Of a DNA stretch of 64,000 nucleotides, positions 62,146 to 64,000 are shown piece by piece; within the stretch, counting starts at the first letter, position 1; each line of letters starts with the position of its first letter. Location of the stretch: positions 17,983,466 through 18,047,465 of the forward strand of contig NC_057750.1 of assembly GCF_004010195.1 (NCBI RefSeq). The letters run 5' to 3'. The DNA comes from Chiloscyllium plagiosum. Its lineage: Eukaryota. A program made the position numbers and the translations under genes. Below the pieces are notes generated by a model that saw nothing but the letters and a program-made list of their open reading frames with translations, searched no databases and had not been told where the DNA came from.

Positions 62146-62328
62146 CTTCAAATCCAACCACTTATCAAGTAGCCTTTTCCCATTGAACTGGCAGAGAAGG
62201 CCAGAGCTGGTAATACAGAAGATGCTTCCTGCCATCTTGCCTTTACCACATGCCACTCCAGAGAAAATGTTGTTGTGCAACTCACCCAGCAATGCAGACC
62301 TTCCTATTAAGGGAACAGTAATATTTGC
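62146..62328 (-). CDS. WDR62: Coding exon 1 of 15 in window (183 nt)
   Basis: ctag|GCA..AAG|gtact; [61 protein letters not shown]; phase 0/0. Confidence 0.95.
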
Positions 62329-63199
62329 CTAGATTTGGGAAAACAGATATTTGGTTTAGAAATGAGCAGTGTGGTGAAAAATTACTCAAGGAAACTGTTA
62401 AGCTCTCAAAATGGACTACTCTGATGATGCTTTACTGAAGAAACATGTTATTCAAGAAAGTCAATTTACTTCCTGTTACTCAAAACAAAAAGGACTTGTT
62501 TTCTTTCTTCCTTGGTTATATTTGACTCAAAAACTTGTAGAGGCAATGTGTTAAGAAAATAAAGCAAATGCCAATTTTTATTTTCCAAAATGCATTGGCG
62601 TCTGGTGCAGGATTTGCTTAAATTTGCATGATTTAGTTGTACATTGTAAGCAAGTTTTAAACTATGCTTTTTTATAAGTTACAACTTCAATATGTGAGGC
62701 TCAAGACACAAACAGACGAGTTAAAAAATTTACAGTTGTAAGAATCGGATCATTCCAAGCTTCAGCGAACCAAAAAATCCACAGGACTCTCAACTTCCCA
62801 TGGATAAACCCTTCATCAGTTTCTAACAAATTATTATCTTGGATGATGAGATTGGCATGAGTATTTAGGATGACCGACTAATTAACAACAAGTCAGATGG
62901 TGGGGTGGGGGGTGTTTGGCACAGAGAGATTGAATATGCAATCAAATTTCAAAGAGTGCAAGAATAATAAGGAGTTATAGTGGAGGAATTTAACTGTACA
63001 TATTAACTGGGATAGTTTTAGTGTGCAAAGTAGGAAGAAAGGAACAAATTTCTTAAATTGTATCCAGAAGAATTTTTTTTTAGCAGTACAGTTAGACTAT
63101 GCTTTATCCTGCTCCTCGGATGCTGCCTGACCTGCTGCACTTTTCCAGCACCACTTTAACCCAGACTCTGATCTCCAGCATCTGCAGTCCTCACTTTTG

Positions 63200-63830
63200 C
63201 CTATCCACTCATTCTACTCTCATGGTCACATCCCCACAAAAATATTAGAAGATTTGTCAACACGACTTCCATTTAGTGAATCTATGCTGATGAGGACAGA
63301 TTGCATCACTACTTTCCAAATGCTCAGTTATTACATCTTTAATGATTCACTCCAGCATATTCCCCACCACCGATATCAGGCTAACTAGCCTATAATTCCC
63401 ACTTTCCTGTCTCCACCCTTTTAAAAAAAAGTCCACTGGAACTCTTCCAGAGTTTACAGAATACTGAAAAATGATCATTAATGCATCCACTATTTCTAGG
63501 GCCACTTCCTTAAGTATTCTGGGATGCAGACAATCAGGCTCTGGGGATGTATTGGGTTTTAATCCCATCAATTTCCCCAATACCATTTCCTGACTAATAA
63601 GGATTTCCTTCAGTTCCTCATTCATGCTTGACCCTCTGTCCCCTAGCATTTCCTGAAGATTATTTGTGTCCTCCTTACTGAAGACAAATCCAAAGTATTT
63701 GTTCAACTGGACAGCTAACTCTTTGTTGCCCATTACGAACTCCTCTGATTTTAACTGCAAGGGACCTACATTTGTCTTCATCACTCTTTTACTCTTCACA
63801 TATCTGTAGAAGGTTTTATAAACAGTTTTA
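63200..63830 (-). mobile_element. CR1 LINE ORF2 fragment
   Basis: FYRYVKSKR..VGPL..LHPRILKEVALEIVDAL..NYRLVSLISVVG. Confidence 0.85.
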
Positions 63831-64000
63831 AAAGTGAAATGCAAGAGGTTTTGACAGAACTCAAGGCAAAAAAAAACCTTTTTATCCAAACTGTGGTGAG
63901 AGTCTAGAATGCACTGTATGGTAGTTGACAAGGGATGCTTCACAATTTTAAAAAAAGTACTTAGATGAACATTTGACGTGTCATAACAGTCAAGGCTTTG

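Larger units (their letters stand above)
1718..62328 (-). other. WDR62: Partial multi-exon WD40-repeat gene, WDR62/MAPKBP1 family (best match WDR62); 15 internal coding exons, both ends outside the window
   Basis: 15 AG..GT-bounded exons splice in phase into 1824 nt with no stop. WDR62-type motifs from recall of the human protein: [47 protein letters not shown]. Confidence 0.85.

Noticed and set aside
62329..64000. An additional upstream WDR62 exon
   Set aside because: No WD40-like segment with suitable splice sites found; much of the region is CR1 and PLE debris.
1..64000. CRISPR array, prokaryotic operon or defence system, or intact viral insert
   Set aside because: No regularly spaced repeat-spacer array, no long intronless ORFs and no viral hallmark motifs. 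The content is explained by one spliced gene plus TEs.

Overview
Eukaryotic (vertebrate) genomic DNA, most likely a shark or other elasmobranch, inferred from the HE1/V-SINE, DeuSINE, CR1 and Penelope-like repeat content. The window lies inside one minus-strand WD40 gene of the WDR62/MAPKBP1 family, best matching WDR62. I traced 15 internal coding exons (62328 down to 1718). All have AG/GT boundaries and join in phase into a stop-free 1824-nt (608-codon) frame; start and stop codons lie outside the window. The introns are mostly layered, nested retroelements: CR1, L2, L1, RTE, Rex-Babar, three SINE families, Penelope-like elements (PLEs) with hammerhead-ribozyme termini, a probable solo LTR and DNA-transposon remnants. 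Nearly all of the ORF track is TE debris. I found no evidence for a wholly new biological system. The most interesting signals are (i) a PLE-associated duplication creating an in-frame decoy splice acceptor (+44 aa), (ii) small fold-back PLE-terminus insertions with 14-bp target-site duplications, (iii) a 1.6-kb PLE with ~480-bp inverted arms, a hairpin-mediated micro-inversion and an intact hammerhead core on the pre-mRNA strand, and (iv) three SINE/LINE pairs with shared 3' tails. Exon coordinates were read base by base. TE boundaries are approximate and family names come from recognised motifs, not database searches.
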